A stretch of DNA of 64,000 bases from a virus (IMGVR_UViG_3300021399_000100), one strand, 5' to 3'. Counted from the stretch's first letter, positions 9,946 to 20,898 are shown. Program-made: numbers and translations. Notes: a model not told the origin generated them from the letters alone.

Positions 9946-10287
9946 TTATATGTTTGCCATCTTATTGAAAAACGGATTATCTTTCATATTGGCTATCACG
10001 TTTTCATATTTATGACATAGCTTTCTGAACATCTCGAGTATGTTTATGCCATTTTCATGAAAATCGAACCATTCTCCACTAGTTCTGAACTGCATCAGTT
10101 CACGGTGGAGCATCTTCTCTATATAATAGGGATGCTCCGATTCATGACTTCCTACCAGATGAAGGCAGCATCCGTTGCCTACTTGGAGTTGTTTAAGACG
10201 TTTGTCTATATCGTTTTTCGTAACTCCTATCTTATACTGGTCCGTCGTCGGATTGCATATAAGATACACATATGCTTTATTACTCAT
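9946..10287 (-). CDS. GIY-YIG / T5orf172-family protein
   Basis: 'YVYLI...YKIGVT...KRLKQLQVGN...IEKMLH...GEWF'. Confidence 0.85.
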   Translation of the reverse strand: MSNKAYVYLICNPTTDQYKIGVTKNDIDKRLKQLQVGNGCCLHLVGSHESEHPYYIEKMLHRELMQFRTSGEWFDFHENGINILEMFRKLCHKYENVIANMKDNPFFNKMANI

Positions 10288-10339
10288 GCTCGAGAATTTT
10301 ATTGGTTTCTGATAATTACATATTATTTACTATATCTAA

Positions 10340-11488
10340 TTATGCATTACCATTACCAGAATCATCGTCGTTTAAGAGGCTGAGGATATCTGTAAGTTCT
10401 TCTTCGTCTAACTCATCAACATCTTCTGTGTGGAGATAATCAGAAAGGTCCATACTACCTAAATCAACCACACCGTTTGTTGGTGTATGTGCTGTATTGT
10501 CCAAAATAATAGTCTTAACAACTGCACTATCATTTGCTTTACTTGCTATAGCAGAGGATAATTGAAGATCTTCGCTTGATCTATTACTAGTCTCTTGATT
10601 TATTAGAGATACTAGTTCTGTACGGAGGACAGTATCTGCATTTTGTCTGGCAGTAGCTTCCTGCGTGGTCTTTTCTGTAATGCTACTCTGCGCATCTTCT
10701 AGTCCTTCTTGTACAGATGCTATATCGCCCTGAGCAGTTGCTAAATCACTTTGTATCGTTGTGATATTGTCTTGCGCAGTTGCTAAACCACTTTGTATCG
10801 TTGTGATATTGCCTTGTGCAGTTGTCAGATCACTTTGTACAGTTGCGATATTACCCTGTGCAGTTGTCAAATCACTTTGTACAGTTGATATACTTGACTT
10901 TGCATCAGTGATATCGTTCTGTGCTGCCAATATATCGTCTTGCATGCCGCTGACGCTGTCCTGGACAGTAGCAAGGTCGCTTTGTACGTCGGTTACATTA
11001 TTCTGAACAGTTGTCAAACCATTTTGTACGCCAGTCACATTATTCTGAACAGTTGCCAAACTATTCTGTACGCCTGATACATTATTCTGTACAGTTACTA
11101 AATCATCTTGCACCTCTGCAACATCACTTTCGATATTGTCTACTCTACCATCTAATGTTTCTATTGCTTGATGGATCTCTGTATCTGATGCCACACGGCT
11201 AGTCTTCTCTTGAGATACCAGAGTTCTGATCAGATCGCGTAGTTCAGTATCGGCTGCAATTCTATTAGCTATCTCGTCGTTAAGTCCGTCTATGCTAGTT
11301 CCTCCTTCATTATCTCCGATAGGAACCCACTTCTTAGTATTATCTTTCAGTACATTTATAAAAAGATATATGCTATTTCCATTGGAGCTAATCTTGATAG
11401 TATTCGCAGGATACCTAGAGGCTTCTAGATACTCTCCTGGATTCTCAATTACGATAAGAGCAGGGTGTAGTGCGTTCAGTTTACTCAT
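10340..11488 (-). CDS. Fibrous coiled-coil virion protein (fiber/whisker-like)
   Basis: Long heptad run with 14-aa repeat TTAQGNIATVQSDL; E..xR..AD motifs typical of phage fiber shafts. Confidence 0.6.
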   Translation of the reverse strand: MSKLNALHPALIVIENPGEYLEASRYPANTIKISSNGNSIYLFINVLKDNTKKWVPIGDNEGGTSIDGLNDEIANRIAADTELRDLIRTLVSQEKTSRVASDTEIHQAIETLDGRVDNIESDVAEVQDDLVTVQNNVSGVQNSLATVQNNVTGVQNGLTTVQNNVTDVQSDLATVQDSVSGMQDDILAAQNDITDAKSSISTVQSDLTTAQGNIATVQSDLTTAQGNITTIQSGLATAQDNITTIQSDLATAQGDIASVQEGLEDAQSSITEKTTQEATARQNADTVLRTELVSLINQETSNRSSEDLQLSSAIASKANDSAVVKTIILDNTAHTPTNGVVDLGSMDLSDYLHTEDVDELDEEELTDILSLLNDDDSGNGNA

Positions 11489-11525
11489 AATTCATATCAA
11501 CTAGTGCTATATATAATTTACTATA

Positions 11526-14312
11526 TTATTTTGGATTTGTCACAAATGTTATACCAATAGTCAGATCTAAATTATTTATGTATGACCCTACACATGCATA
11601 TATCTTAACAGAGCTACTCATAGGGGCAGATAATGTTATCAACTGCGGAGATTTAGTTGTATCAATAGGAGCTACGAATACAGTGATCGGTATATCTATA
11701 TGGCTTTCGTCAGCAAATGCTAATGTAGAACCTTCATTGAATAACAGTTTATCTGCATCCGATTTCATAATAGTTGCAAAACATATGTCCGTGCTGCCGC
11801 TCTGACGATACTTACTATGAGATGCACTATCTATAACTGTAGATATATTATTCGATGATGTAATAGGACTGCTCAGCGCTATTTTCATAGCCTGATTGTT
11901 GCCCTGTGTTGCTGTAGTACATACTTCATTATGTCTATATGTAGTTACATCTCCATCAGTTTCAGCCTCAGTATACATATACGTGTCAGTTTTAGTGACT
12001 CTAGAGAATCTGACATATTTCGACTTCGCAGATATGCGTAATGTATATTTGACTACACCTATATAATCAGTATTAGACATATCTGATGCATTAATAGTGA
12101 CGCCATTAATTTTTTTCAGCATCTCCATATATGTTATAGTGTTCACTGTATTGTTAGTTCCTTCTTGGATACTCTGTACGTTTCCGTCAGGGTCTATTAT
12201 AGTGAACTCAAAGTTATTTATATCTACAGCATTGAATGCATCATTCAATTGTTGTCCTACAGTGGCTATGTCTTTTAACTTTTCATATAATGATATAGGA
12301 GCCTGTTCTTCGGTCACCCATCCTGAAGCTATCTGATCCGCTGTATGAGCAAAATATTTTTCACCAGCAGTAAACGAATCAGCTATATGACGATAAACGC
12401 CGTTAGTAGCTAGCGTATTGTTGACAGATGCCTTGACTTGATCTGCTTGGTTGATATTTTGAAGGGCCTTTGTAGATGATCTCTCTAAAGTAGCATCCCA
12501 TGGTACTATTATATCACTGCTCCAACCAGATTTCTTAGGATTCTCCGGATAGCCTGCTTCAAATACATATCTGTAATTGATAACAGTATTATACCTAGTC
12601 TCTATAGGAATGACGATAGATGTCTGATCTATTGTATTAGGGTCCCATCGATATGTTCCTGATGTTTCATCTAGAGTACGTGCTCTGAGGTATAGCGGTG
12701 CATATTTCCATGCATTGAAAGGAACATTAGTTCCATCCAGGTCGTAATATTCTTTCTTCTGAATATCAGTATCGTTTCCGATGAATCTGTATCTAACTTC
12801 TACACCTATACATTCGAACCCCGTCGCTGCAGTAGATAGCTTCACTATACCGTGAATTTCATATTTAGATTCGAGTGCATTAGAGCTCAGCTCGTCAGAA
12901 ATATTGAAAACCAACGTATTGAATTCATTCTGCGCGTCCTCTAATGATTGTGTCACTTGAGACAATTCGTTCTGTGCAGCAGAACCTGTAGATGTTCCTG
13001 ACGATATGATGTTACGCAAGACGTTGATTCTATCTCTATAGTATTCGATAGAGTTCTCTACAGATTTCTTTTGTGACTCTAGCTGTGCAATCTTGTTATA
13101 GCTAGATGAAGATATGTCTTTAGATACATCTACAATAGAGAATGATATGTTTTTAGAATCTACCGGAGTAGATAACGATGTACTATTGAGATTAGCATCA
13201 TCCCAATCATCTCGCGTCTTATATGTATCTTTTCGGAATTTGTCAATGTATTTGCCTAGATCAAGAATATCTTTGATATCACTATCTATAGTCCCATTAA
13301 CATATATGCATTCACCTTCTTCATGTCTGTACCCTGATTTAGTTACGAGGGTAGGGTATATCCAATATTGATATCTGCTAGACACTGGAAACTTTACAAT
13401 AGCAGATTCTTTATTTTCATCAACATAAGGAAACAATCTAGAACCTACAGTAACTGGTTGATAACCATCAACATAACTTATTTTGATAAAGGATTTAGTC
13501 TTATCAATAATATCTACGCGGATTCTTGTATCATGGTACCCACTACTGTTATACAATGTCAGAATGTCTCCTTGACTGATAGGATATATAGACCCTTCTT
13601 TGCCTCTGAAAGCAATATCTGAAACGTAATATATTTTCTTATGTTCTACATTTTCATTAGCATCAACTGACTCTGTATCAACTGCGCGTAATACATAGAT
13701 ACCTCCGTACGCCGTCATATCTGTTGGCTCAGTTCTCATGACGCGAGTAAAGTTTCTGTATTCTTTGATGCTTCCATGCTCTACCATTTCATCAAAGACA
13801 TTCTTCATTGCAGAGCTTGGTATGTTATATTTTGAGCTGACACCAAGAATATCACTTCCATGATAAGCAAATACCTTGAGTTCAACAGTGTCTTCATTAT
13901 TATATAATACAACAGGGATGTCCACAGTAACATCAGTCTCCATCATATTTATAATGGAATCTGATTTCCTTCTAGTATTAGAAACTCCTGGAACTTTTGA
14001 CGTGGCCATAGGTATATCAAGCTTATTGATATATAGCTTTCTATAAGACCCGTCAGCCATTCTGACGATACTGTTTCCTGTAGCATTAGTCAACATAGAT
14101 ATAGTAGAGTCTATGCGATCAACACGAGACTTCATATATCCTAGGCAAGGAATCTCTATGTCCCTTGCTTCTCCATTCTCTAAATATATCTGTGTTTTAA
14201 CAGAAGGCTGATTAGAAAATATGGCTTCGTGTAATGCAGCATACATGCGCATATTGTTTGCAGTGACTTTCACTACATCGTTGAGAACACCACCAACACT
14301 ATTTTGAATCAT
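11526..14312 (-). CDS. Large putative virion structural protein
   Basis: 928-aa ORF between tail sheath and fiber-like gene; central coiled coil. Confidence 0.6.
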   Translation of the reverse strand: MIQNSVGGVLNDVVKVTANNMRMYAALHEAIFSNQPSVKTQIYLENGEARDIEIPCLGYMKSRVDRIDSTISMLTNATGNSIVRMADGSYRKLYINKLDIPMATSKVPGVSNTRRKSDSIINMMETDVTVDIPVVLYNNEDTVELKVFAYHGSDILGVSSKYNIPSSAMKNVFDEMVEHGSIKEYRNFTRVMRTEPTDMTAYGGIYVLRAVDTESVDANENVEHKKIYYVSDIAFRGKEGSIYPISQGDILTLYNSSGYHDTRIRVDIIDKTKSFIKISYVDGYQPVTVGSRLFPYVDENKESAIVKFPVSSRYQYWIYPTLVTKSGYRHEEGECIYVNGTIDSDIKDILDLGKYIDKFRKDTYKTRDDWDDANLNSTSLSTPVDSKNISFSIVDVSKDISSSSYNKIAQLESQKKSVENSIEYYRDRINVLRNIISSGTSTGSAAQNELSQVTQSLEDAQNEFNTLVFNISDELSSNALESKYEIHGIVKLSTAATGFECIGVEVRYRFIGNDTDIQKKEYYDLDGTNVPFNAWKYAPLYLRARTLDETSGTYRWDPNTIDQTSIVIPIETRYNTVINYRYVFEAGYPENPKKSGWSSDIIVPWDATLERSSTKALQNINQADQVKASVNNTLATNGVYRHIADSFTAGEKYFAHTADQIASGWVTEEQAPISLYEKLKDIATVGQQLNDAFNAVDINNFEFTIIDPDGNVQSIQEGTNNTVNTITYMEMLKKINGVTINASDMSNTDYIGVVKYTLRISAKSKYVRFSRVTKTDTYMYTEAETDGDVTTYRHNEVCTTATQGNNQAMKIALSSPITSSNNISTVIDSASHSKYRQSGSTDICFATIMKSDADKLLFNEGSTLAFADESHIDIPITVFVAPIDTTKSPQLITLSAPMSSSVKIYACVGSYINNLDLTIGITFVTNPK

Positions 14313-14341
14313 AACGTATCAACTTAACATATATATATTAA

Positions 14342-14373
14342 AATAGGCAGTGAGCAGAAACCCACTGCCTATT
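14342..14373 (-). terminator. Terminator after tail sheath
   Basis: aataggcagtg-agcagaaacc-cactgcctatt. Confidence 0.65.
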
Positions 14374-14391
14374 ATATTTAACGCTTTTATA

Positions 14392-16977
14392 TTACTCTGC
14401 ATTTGCGGTAAGTGCGCCTGTAGGCAAGATATATAAACGCTGTACTAATTTTTCCATAGGTCTAGCGCCTTCGATCTTGATATCCAATACACCATAGAAG
14501 TTATCTATGATTTCGGCTGTATTGTTCGTGCCATTCATAATGACTTCGAAAGCTGTAAGGCCGCCTGAACGGTTAGGCGTAGCAGTGACACTCTTCAAGA
14601 ATGTGTTACACTTAGACACTATTTCAGTTCTAACGGCTTCAGTATTCTCTACGAATACATATGGTCTGATGATGTTCTCAATCTCATCCATAATATATAC
14701 TACGAAATCTCTGAAGCTTAATGCAGAAAGGGCAGAAACAGGCTTCTGCTTAGATGTCTTGTTACCATATACACAGATAGTATGTTGATCATCGCCTGCA
14801 TCAATAATTGCATTGATACCCATAGCTTCTAGCCATTCACGGTCTTTTGTTGAAAGGGGTACTTCTGGATTGTAACCGTTAAGGACTCCTCTCAATACAC
14901 CCGCTGCTACTGACCATGGATTGTCTTTCTGAACGAACAAATTAGACACTACACCTGCAGGAGGCAGCAGTTTTGCACCTCTTCGATTCCATGGATAGAA
15001 ATAACCAACATGAGTAGCACCGTCTTTGATATTAGGAACGGTGAATGTTTCTGATGTAGCTAGAGCTTTATAATTGATGCTTCCGAACTCATCAGTAAAC
15101 TCTTCTATCTTAGACAGAGCTAATGCAGATGGAGCGTTGAGCAAGCCGGTAGCATGTTGTGCCATACATATTTTAGCAAATATAGACTTAGAACTTGGTT
15201 CAATACCATAGCCCCAGCAATCTACTAAATATCTAAATGATACTACCATACGATCAGTGATGGCCTTCCACATATTAGTATGACCCCATACCATCTCCTC
15301 AGCGGGAGGTAAGAATTTACCAGTAGTAGCATCTCGTTCTGCTACAGCATACTTCAATGGAGCTTCGTCAGAGTCTCTGAGAGTGTTGAGAATGGCTTTG
15401 TAGTTATCTGGGTATTGTGCGCAAGGTTCTGCACCTACTGGAATCTTGTCCATATGAACTGTTTCCAAGATTCTCTTCTTTGCAGGAGTTCCTTTTTCAC
15501 AATAAGGCTTAGTATAACCTACGATGTTAGTAGTCGCTGCTAGATTTCTCAAGAAGGTATCTATTGAGATATCTACACCTGAAGCGTTAACCAATCCAGG
15601 AACAGATGCACCTGTGTATGTAATGACACCGCTCATACCATTGCAGTCGAACAAAGCATCGTCCTCACGGATAAACTGCAATGTGTTACCATGCTCACCA
15701 AGGCCCCATGCTTTCTTCAATGCAATCATGTCATTAGACAATGTGCGAACATCATTAAATATGACTAACGTAAACATAAAGTCTGAAAGTGTATAATCAG
15801 CAGCATCATATCCCTTTTCATCGAGGTATTCCTGCAACTCAAATGGGATGTCACCTCCATAATAATCCGATATAGGAATATTATATGCTAGCATTGTAGA
15901 GGTGTCACTAGGGGTCTTGTACACATATGCACGAATGTCGTTACCTGATGCATTCGCAAGAAATACGAACTCATCACCTGTAAATGCAGGATCGTCAGGA
16001 TTTAGTTTGAGTTCTTCGTCATTAGTATCAGTCAGAATACGATTACCGATGATGCCGCCGTTCTCAAGCAAGTCTGGCAAGCTGATCTGTATCAAAACAT
16101 CTTCAGCGTCTGTTGTCGGTTCATATGTTATATCAATAGTTTCGTTCTGCTCACCTATGCTTACTGAAACCATGCCAGGAATCTCCGGAGTGTCTGTCCG
16201 ATAAGTTACTCCTTTAGAATATACTTCTGCAGGGTACAACAAAATGTCAATAGCAGGAGTATTAGTATCCAGGACATACTCTGCATCTTCACCTACTACG
16301 GTATCATCTGCTTTCTTATATCTCAGCAAGCATGCTCTACCTATAGGTTGTTCATCCTTGATATAGTACATATAAGGACAGTTGTGATTGATATCCTCAG
16401 AGAATACCAAGACATTGTGATAAGTTACTGTATCATACAAGCCTGGATCGTTGATCACTGGCCATACTACTGGGCTGGTACCACCCTTATCCTCAAAGTC
16501 ACAAAGAAGCGACGATTCTTCCTGATCAATTATATTAGGATCTTCCCATGAATCACGAAGACGGTCTGGCCAAGGTTCATACCATAGAGCAGTTGAGAAC
16601 ACACCTTTAATTAACGAGGTGAAAGGGCGAGCCTTCTTTGTACCTATAGCATAACCATTGATTATTTTGTCTGCTTCTGCATAGGAATGTAGATTGAGTG
16701 CAATGATTGGACCTGCTTTCAACATGTCGATAGCAGTTCTATGGAAGAAACAACCATTTGCTTCTAGCTTAGGATCAATGTTACCAAATATAGATACAAA
16801 TTGATCGGAATCAACAATCTTAAATGGTTTATTAAAAGGGCCCTTATAAGAAAAGCCTGGAACAATACGGCCTCTTGAATAGGTGCTCTCGTATGTAGGC
16901 TGCATAGTAGACAAATCAAATTCGCGGCGGTACGTACCTGCTGATTTGATACTAACTAAATCTTGAGATATTGCCAT
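14392..16977 (-). CDS. gp18: Contractile tail sheath protein (T4 gp18-like)
   Basis: N-term 'SAGTYRREFDLS...GFSYKGPFNKP'; C-term 'PWSVAAGVLRG...REWLEAMGINAI...YGNKT...FVENTEAVR...NNTAEIIDN'. Confidence 0.92.
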   Translation of the reverse strand: MAISQDLVSIKSAGTYRREFDLSTMQPTYESTYSRGRIVPGFSYKGPFNKPFKIVDSDQFVSIFGNIDPKLEANGCFFHRTAIDMLKAGPIIALNLHSYAEADKIINGYAIGTKKARPFTSLIKGVFSTALWYEPWPDRLRDSWEDPNIIDQEESSLLCDFEDKGGTSPVVWPVINDPGLYDTVTYHNVLVFSEDINHNCPYMYYIKDEQPIGRACLLRYKKADDTVVGEDAEYVLDTNTPAIDILLYPAEVYSKGVTYRTDTPEIPGMVSVSIGEQNETIDITYEPTTDAEDVLIQISLPDLLENGGIIGNRILTDTNDEELKLNPDDPAFTGDEFVFLANASGNDIRAYVYKTPSDTSTMLAYNIPISDYYGGDIPFELQEYLDEKGYDAADYTLSDFMFTLVIFNDVRTLSNDMIALKKAWGLGEHGNTLQFIREDDALFDCNGMSGVITYTGASVPGLVNASGVDISIDTFLRNLAATTNIVGYTKPYCEKGTPAKKRILETVHMDKIPVGAEPCAQYPDNYKAILNTLRDSDEAPLKYAVAERDATTGKFLPPAEEMVWGHTNMWKAITDRMVVSFRYLVDCWGYGIEPSSKSIFAKICMAQHATGLLNAPSALALSKIEEFTDEFGSINYKALATSETFTVPNIKDGATHVGYFYPWNRRGAKLLPPAGVVSNLFVQKDNPWSVAAGVLRGVLNGYNPEVPLSTKDREWLEAMGINAIIDAGDDQHTICVYGNKTSKQKPVSALSALSFRDFVVYIMDEIENIIRPYVFVENTEAVRTEIVSKCNTFLKSVTATPNRSGGLTAFEVIMNGTNNTAEIIDNFYGVLDIKIEGARPMEKLVQRLYILPTGALTANAE

Positions 16978-17005
16978 AATTACATTATTTCGACGAATAT
17001 ATATC

Positions 17006-17012
17006 TATTTAC
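17006..17012 (-). promoter_or_regulatory. GTAAATA putative late promoter (representative, upstream of tail sheath)
   Basis: Also at 2824(+), 2842(-), 6680(+), 6693(-), 10324(-), 25224(-), 28596(-), 37279(+), 42612(+), 49432(-), 54979(-); resembles the T4 late promoter TATAAATA. Confidence 0.65.
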
Positions 17013-17055
17013 TTGTGTAAAGTAAACATGATATTTAATATGTTAATATGCTAAC

Positions 17056-17146
17056 AAAAATAAGGGGAGATTCTCACGAACGTCCCCTTAAAATCTTTTA
17101 GTTTACGAAAATCTATTGAATAATTAAATTTAGCTGTTTTCTCTCT
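17056..17146 (-). ncRNA. Candidate ~90-nt small RNA (promoter to terminator, no ORF)
   Basis: GTGATTATA at 17152-17160 (-), then no ATG, then UAAGGGGA..UUC-GUGA-GAA..UCCCCUUA-UUUUU; 5' 25 nt are 21/25 identical to the unit at 20-120. Confidence 0.45.
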
Positions 17147-17216
17147 ATAAATATAATCACACGTATTTCACAGATGTACCATCATTTGTATTATTTTTCG
17201 ATGGATTCTAAAAAAA

Positions 17217-17243
17217 ATAGAGGAGTCGTGTAACTCCTCTATT
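17217..17243 (-). terminator. Terminator after nrdD
   Basis: atagaggagt-cgtgta-actcctctat, preceded on + by an A-run. Confidence 0.75.
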
Positions 17244-17268
17244 CCTATGTACTTATATCTATTAGATA

Positions 17269-19197
17269 TTACATACATTTTCTTCTTGCGAACTCTGCGA
17301 TCTTTGCATCGTGGAATCTAGGACGTCCGTCAAATCCTGTACGGTATCCTAAATAACCATTCATTCTTCGGATCTGCAAGATATGTTTAGAACCACATTT
17401 AGGACAGACAGAATCTGCAGGGTTATCTGGGCCAACGAATCTGTGACCACAATCCAAGCAATAGTCTGCACTATGATTCAGTCCATGATATAGGCCATTT
17501 CTCATAGCTTCTTCGATAAGGGCTATACCTGCAGAGATATTAGACGTTGTCTGCAAACGGCTATAAGTGATATGTCCACCACCAGATCTGTGGAAATTAG
17601 CAATCTCAAGATTCATCTTAGAGATAGGGTCTATATCTGTATCTACAGCAACGTGGAATGAATTGGTCCAGTAACCATTCTTACTATATTCGTCTTCACC
17701 GAACATTTCTTTGTATTTATCTACTGCAGTAGATAGCCAAGACTCGCCTGGAGTTCCATACAGAGCATATAAGATATGGTCTTCTGCTTTATATCTTGCA
17801 ATATTAGCATTGAGCAGTTCAAGAATCTCTTTAGCGATAACTGCACGGTTCTCTACTAGAGTCTGATTAGCAATCATCATAGTTGCTTCGTTGAGACCTC
17901 CGTATCCGAACGATATAGTCGCACGTTTCACCATATTCTCTCCAACGACGCCATTCTTCCAGTCAGGGTCTCCATCGAAACCCCCGAATCTAAAAGCAAG
18001 AGGCGCTGTGTCAATAGGAAGATGCTTAACAAACTCAACAGTGTCTCGATGTGCTTCACGAGCTAGATCTTGATAGTATGTGATTCTTTCTTTCCAGTCA
18101 TATCCTTTAGTAAAGGCTTCTTTGATTATCATAGGAATATTCAATGAGATAACACCCATGTTGAATCGGTATATAGACAATTCATCATCGTCGCCAGCAG
18201 GCTCAAACCCACCCTTTTCCCAATATGGACTCAAGAATGCACGACATCCCATAGGTGAGATAATCTTGCCCCACTTCTGATAAAGTTCCCCTGTCGCGCC
18301 GTGATTCAATGACAGGAAGTCAGGATACTGGGTATTTACTGAACATTCTGCTGCCTTTAAGAATACGTCATGACATTCTTTGCCTTCACCATGAATATTT
18401 TCATCATATAAAAATACAAGTTTAGGGAAAATAGCAGGAATCTTCTTACCGACGGGGCCGTTACCTTTCAATCTTTGATTAAGGATACCCATAGATACTC
18501 TCTTTGCGAACATTGAAGTACCTGCACCGAATGTTATAACGATGAAAGGATAATCACCGCGGAACGATGACACAGTATTAACAGAGCATTCTAATGCTTG
18601 GAACGATTGCTCCAACTCTTTGTCCACACGTTTTAATGATGCTTCTCTTGCGACTTCTACAGAGACGCCAAGATCCATATATTCTTTGACATATTTATTA
18701 TATGACATTTCGACATATGGAGCAAGAGCAGTATCTATTTCAGGCAGTGTCAAACCGCCGAATTGGCCGCCAGACTGTATTTGAGTAATCTCACGCATGT
18801 TACCGATGGCGGCTGTTATGCCATGAGGTTGGGTGATAGGCATGTTATTGAAAGTGTACCCGTGTTCCAACAGATGCGATATGTTTAGGATACAACAATT
18901 GTAAGTCAACGATTTTGAGGCTAGATCATGAGGATACAGGAAACCCTGTTTAATAGCCTGGGCAAGTTCATCCTTTTCATCGCACAGCAAGTGATTGGAG
19001 ATAGGAGCCATAACAGCGTCAGATACAGACATTCTCCATGTCTGCAGATTTTTCAACTTGTCACTATTAGCATTAGATCTATCGTCAATATTGGCTATGC
19101 AATGTTTGACGCTATCTATAATATTGTCCTTTACCTCATCAATAACTGCGCGGATACCCTGAGGATCCCCTTCTCTGGAAAATTTACTTAATTTCAT
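17269..19197 (-). CDS. nrdD: Anaerobic (class III) ribonucleoside-triphosphate reductase, apparently lacking an ATP-cone
   Basis: 'YPHDL', 'NCC', 'SPMGCRAFL', 'YWTNSFHV', CxxC...CPKC and glycyl-radical 'RRMNGYLG'. Confidence 0.95.
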   Translation of the reverse strand: MKLSKFSREGDPQGIRAVIDEVKDNIIDSVKHCIANIDDRSNANSDKLKNLQTWRMSVSDAVMAPISNHLLCDEKDELAQAIKQGFLYPHDLASKSLTYNCCILNISHLLEHGYTFNNMPITQPHGITAAIGNMREITQIQSGGQFGGLTLPEIDTALAPYVEMSYNKYVKEYMDLGVSVEVAREASLKRVDKELEQSFQALECSVNTVSSFRGDYPFIVITFGAGTSMFAKRVSMGILNQRLKGNGPVGKKIPAIFPKLVFLYDENIHGEGKECHDVFLKAAECSVNTQYPDFLSLNHGATGELYQKWGKIISPMGCRAFLSPYWEKGGFEPAGDDDELSIYRFNMGVISLNIPMIIKEAFTKGYDWKERITYYQDLAREAHRDTVEFVKHLPIDTAPLAFRFGGFDGDPDWKNGVVGENMVKRATISFGYGGLNEATMMIANQTLVENRAVIAKEILELLNANIARYKAEDHILYALYGTPGESWLSTAVDKYKEMFGEDEYSKNGYWTNSFHVAVDTDIDPISKMNLEIANFHRSGGGHITYSRLQTTSNISAGIALIEEAMRNGLYHGLNHSADYCLDCGHRFVGPDNPADSVCPKCGSKHILQIRRMNGYLGYRTGFDGRPRFHDAKIAEFARRKCM

Positions 19198-19219
19198 TGT
19201 TTTTTAATAACTAGTATAT

Positions 19220-20035
19220 TTAACTCAACGTCGAAAGAATACTATCTACTATGAAGTATGACATGAAGTATGCGTCCACGATATCATCCATCGGTTTATA
19301 GTCTTTAGTGGCCACTGTAGAGACTAATTCCCTGAAGGCATCATTAGGGCCCTTTCTGGTGAATGCTTCACACATTTCTTCCTTAGTAGCAGTACCTCTG
19401 CCAGTTGCATGCTTCTTGACACTTGTGGGAGGAAGCATATAGGTATTATTTACGGCTACACCTACAGTCTCCAATTGATTTGGGACATCTCTAATGAAGG
19501 CGCATCCTGCTATTAAATCTACAGAAGAAGAGCCCGAAGCCACATACGCCGGCGCTTCTATAGCCATAACTACTTGATTACTATCGCAATATGAACAGAA
19601 TCTAGATATAACCTGAATAATGCATTCTGCAACAGATTTCATGTTACAAAAACGGTTCAGATCATTTTCTGCCATCATTTTATAAACATTCAGATCTTCC
19701 TTATGCGCATCATCTAGAACAGATTCAAGCTTTTCTATAGAAGAACCTTCATGTAGTATATCTTTAATAGCAGCGCATATGTCGTTCGCCTGCTTCTTTA
19801 TATTTGCGTCGTTTTTTATCTTTGCATGTTTAACTTTAGTTCGGTCAACATTATCTGCAAAGATATGGACAATTACCCCGCATTCTTTCAGCTCATCGAT
19901 GACTTTCTGTCTCTTACGGGGAAGCTTGCCATCATGAGTTACGAAGAATGAGTGATATTCATACGACAATGTCTCTGAGTCAAACAGAAACATTGCCGTT
20001 GATTCTAATGAGGGGTCTATACCTATGTATATCAT
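19220..20035 (-). CDS. ruvC: RuvC-like Holliday junction resolvase
   Basis: 'YIGIDPSLESTA', 'AIEAP', 'PTSVKKHATGRGTATKEEM', 'DDIVDAY'. Confidence 0.85.
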   Translation of the reverse strand: MIYIGIDPSLESTAMFLFDSETLSYEYHSFFVTHDGKLPRKRQKVIDELKECGVIVHIFADNVDRTKVKHAKIKNDANIKKQANDICAAIKDILHEGSSIEKLESVLDDAHKEDLNVYKMMAENDLNRFCNMKSVAECIIQVISRFCSYCDSNQVVMAIEAPAYVASGSSSVDLIAGCAFIRDVPNQLETVGVAVNNTYMLPPTSVKKHATGRGTATKEEMCEAFTRKGPNDAFRELVSTVATKDYKPMDDIVDAYFMSYFIVDSILSTLS

Positions 20036-20898
20036 ATCTGACGTTTTATAGGAAGAATGTATCGCTCATCGTCGATATCGTAATAGATGAGAGAGTTATT
20101 CACTTTAAAAGTACCTACAGGCTTGTTGAAAGGAAGTATAGCAATACTTTCAGGCGAAACTATACTGATCACTGTTGAGCCGTCTCTTTTAGAGCCTTCT
20201 GCATCAATCTTCATAGTATTGATCGTAGGCACGTTGTCGATAGCTGATAGGTTCTTGCTAGATACAGCCTCTGACAACATTTCTTTGGTAGAGTCACTTA
20301 AACTATTGTACACACGAATCTCTACTGGTTGGTCAGGATGCGCTACGATTATGTACGCATCAATTGATCTGCTCATCTTATTTAATGTACTAATTGACCA
20401 CATTGCATCTGGAGTCATAGGGAATGCATAAGATGCTGGCTGGCTAAGAACGGCATCTTTAACCTCATTCCATATGCTTGCTGCATTAGAAGAGATGGCC
20501 TCAAACTTAAAAGTACCAGCAGCAGGATCTCTTACTTCCATACGGACCGCATTCATATGTTCATCCTCTGGATAGCTTCCTATCACGAAGGCAATAGTGA
20601 TATGGTCTTCCCCTTCAGGGATACGCATACATGCGACAGCATCGCTAGGATAGGCGAGACGCATAACGATATCAGACCATTCCTCCGCTGCTCCAGTAGG
20701 AACTCCATTAATACATTCTTTGGTTAGTTGAATGACTGTGTGGTGTGCTCCTACCTTTTTCTTCAGAGGACACGTTATCTTCATAGTATCCTTTATAATG
20801 TTAAGGGAAATTTTCGCGTAGCTCGTGTTACTGAAAGCATCTTTCAGTGCGTCCAGCTTCTGTCTGTCGATATCGACAGTAACAACGTCTTTACTCAT
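20032..20898 (-). CDS. Hypothetical protein, possibly sliding clamp
   Basis: 288 aa with alternating alpha/beta pattern in a replication operon; no firm motif. Confidence 0.35.
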   Translation of the reverse strand: MSKDVVTVDIDRQKLDALKDAFSNTSYAKISLNIIKDTMKITCPLKKKVGAHHTVIQLTKECINGVPTGAAEEWSDIVMRLAYPSDAVACMRIPEGEDHITIAFVIGSYPEDEHMNAVRMEVRDPAAGTFKFEAISSNAASIWNEVKDAVLSQPASYAFPMTPDAMWSISTLNKMSRSIDAYIIVAHPDQPVEIRVYNSLSDSTKEMLSEAVSSKNLSAIDNVPTINTMKIDAEGSKRDGSTVISIVSPESIAILPFNKPVGTFKVNNSLIYYDIDDERYILPIKRQI

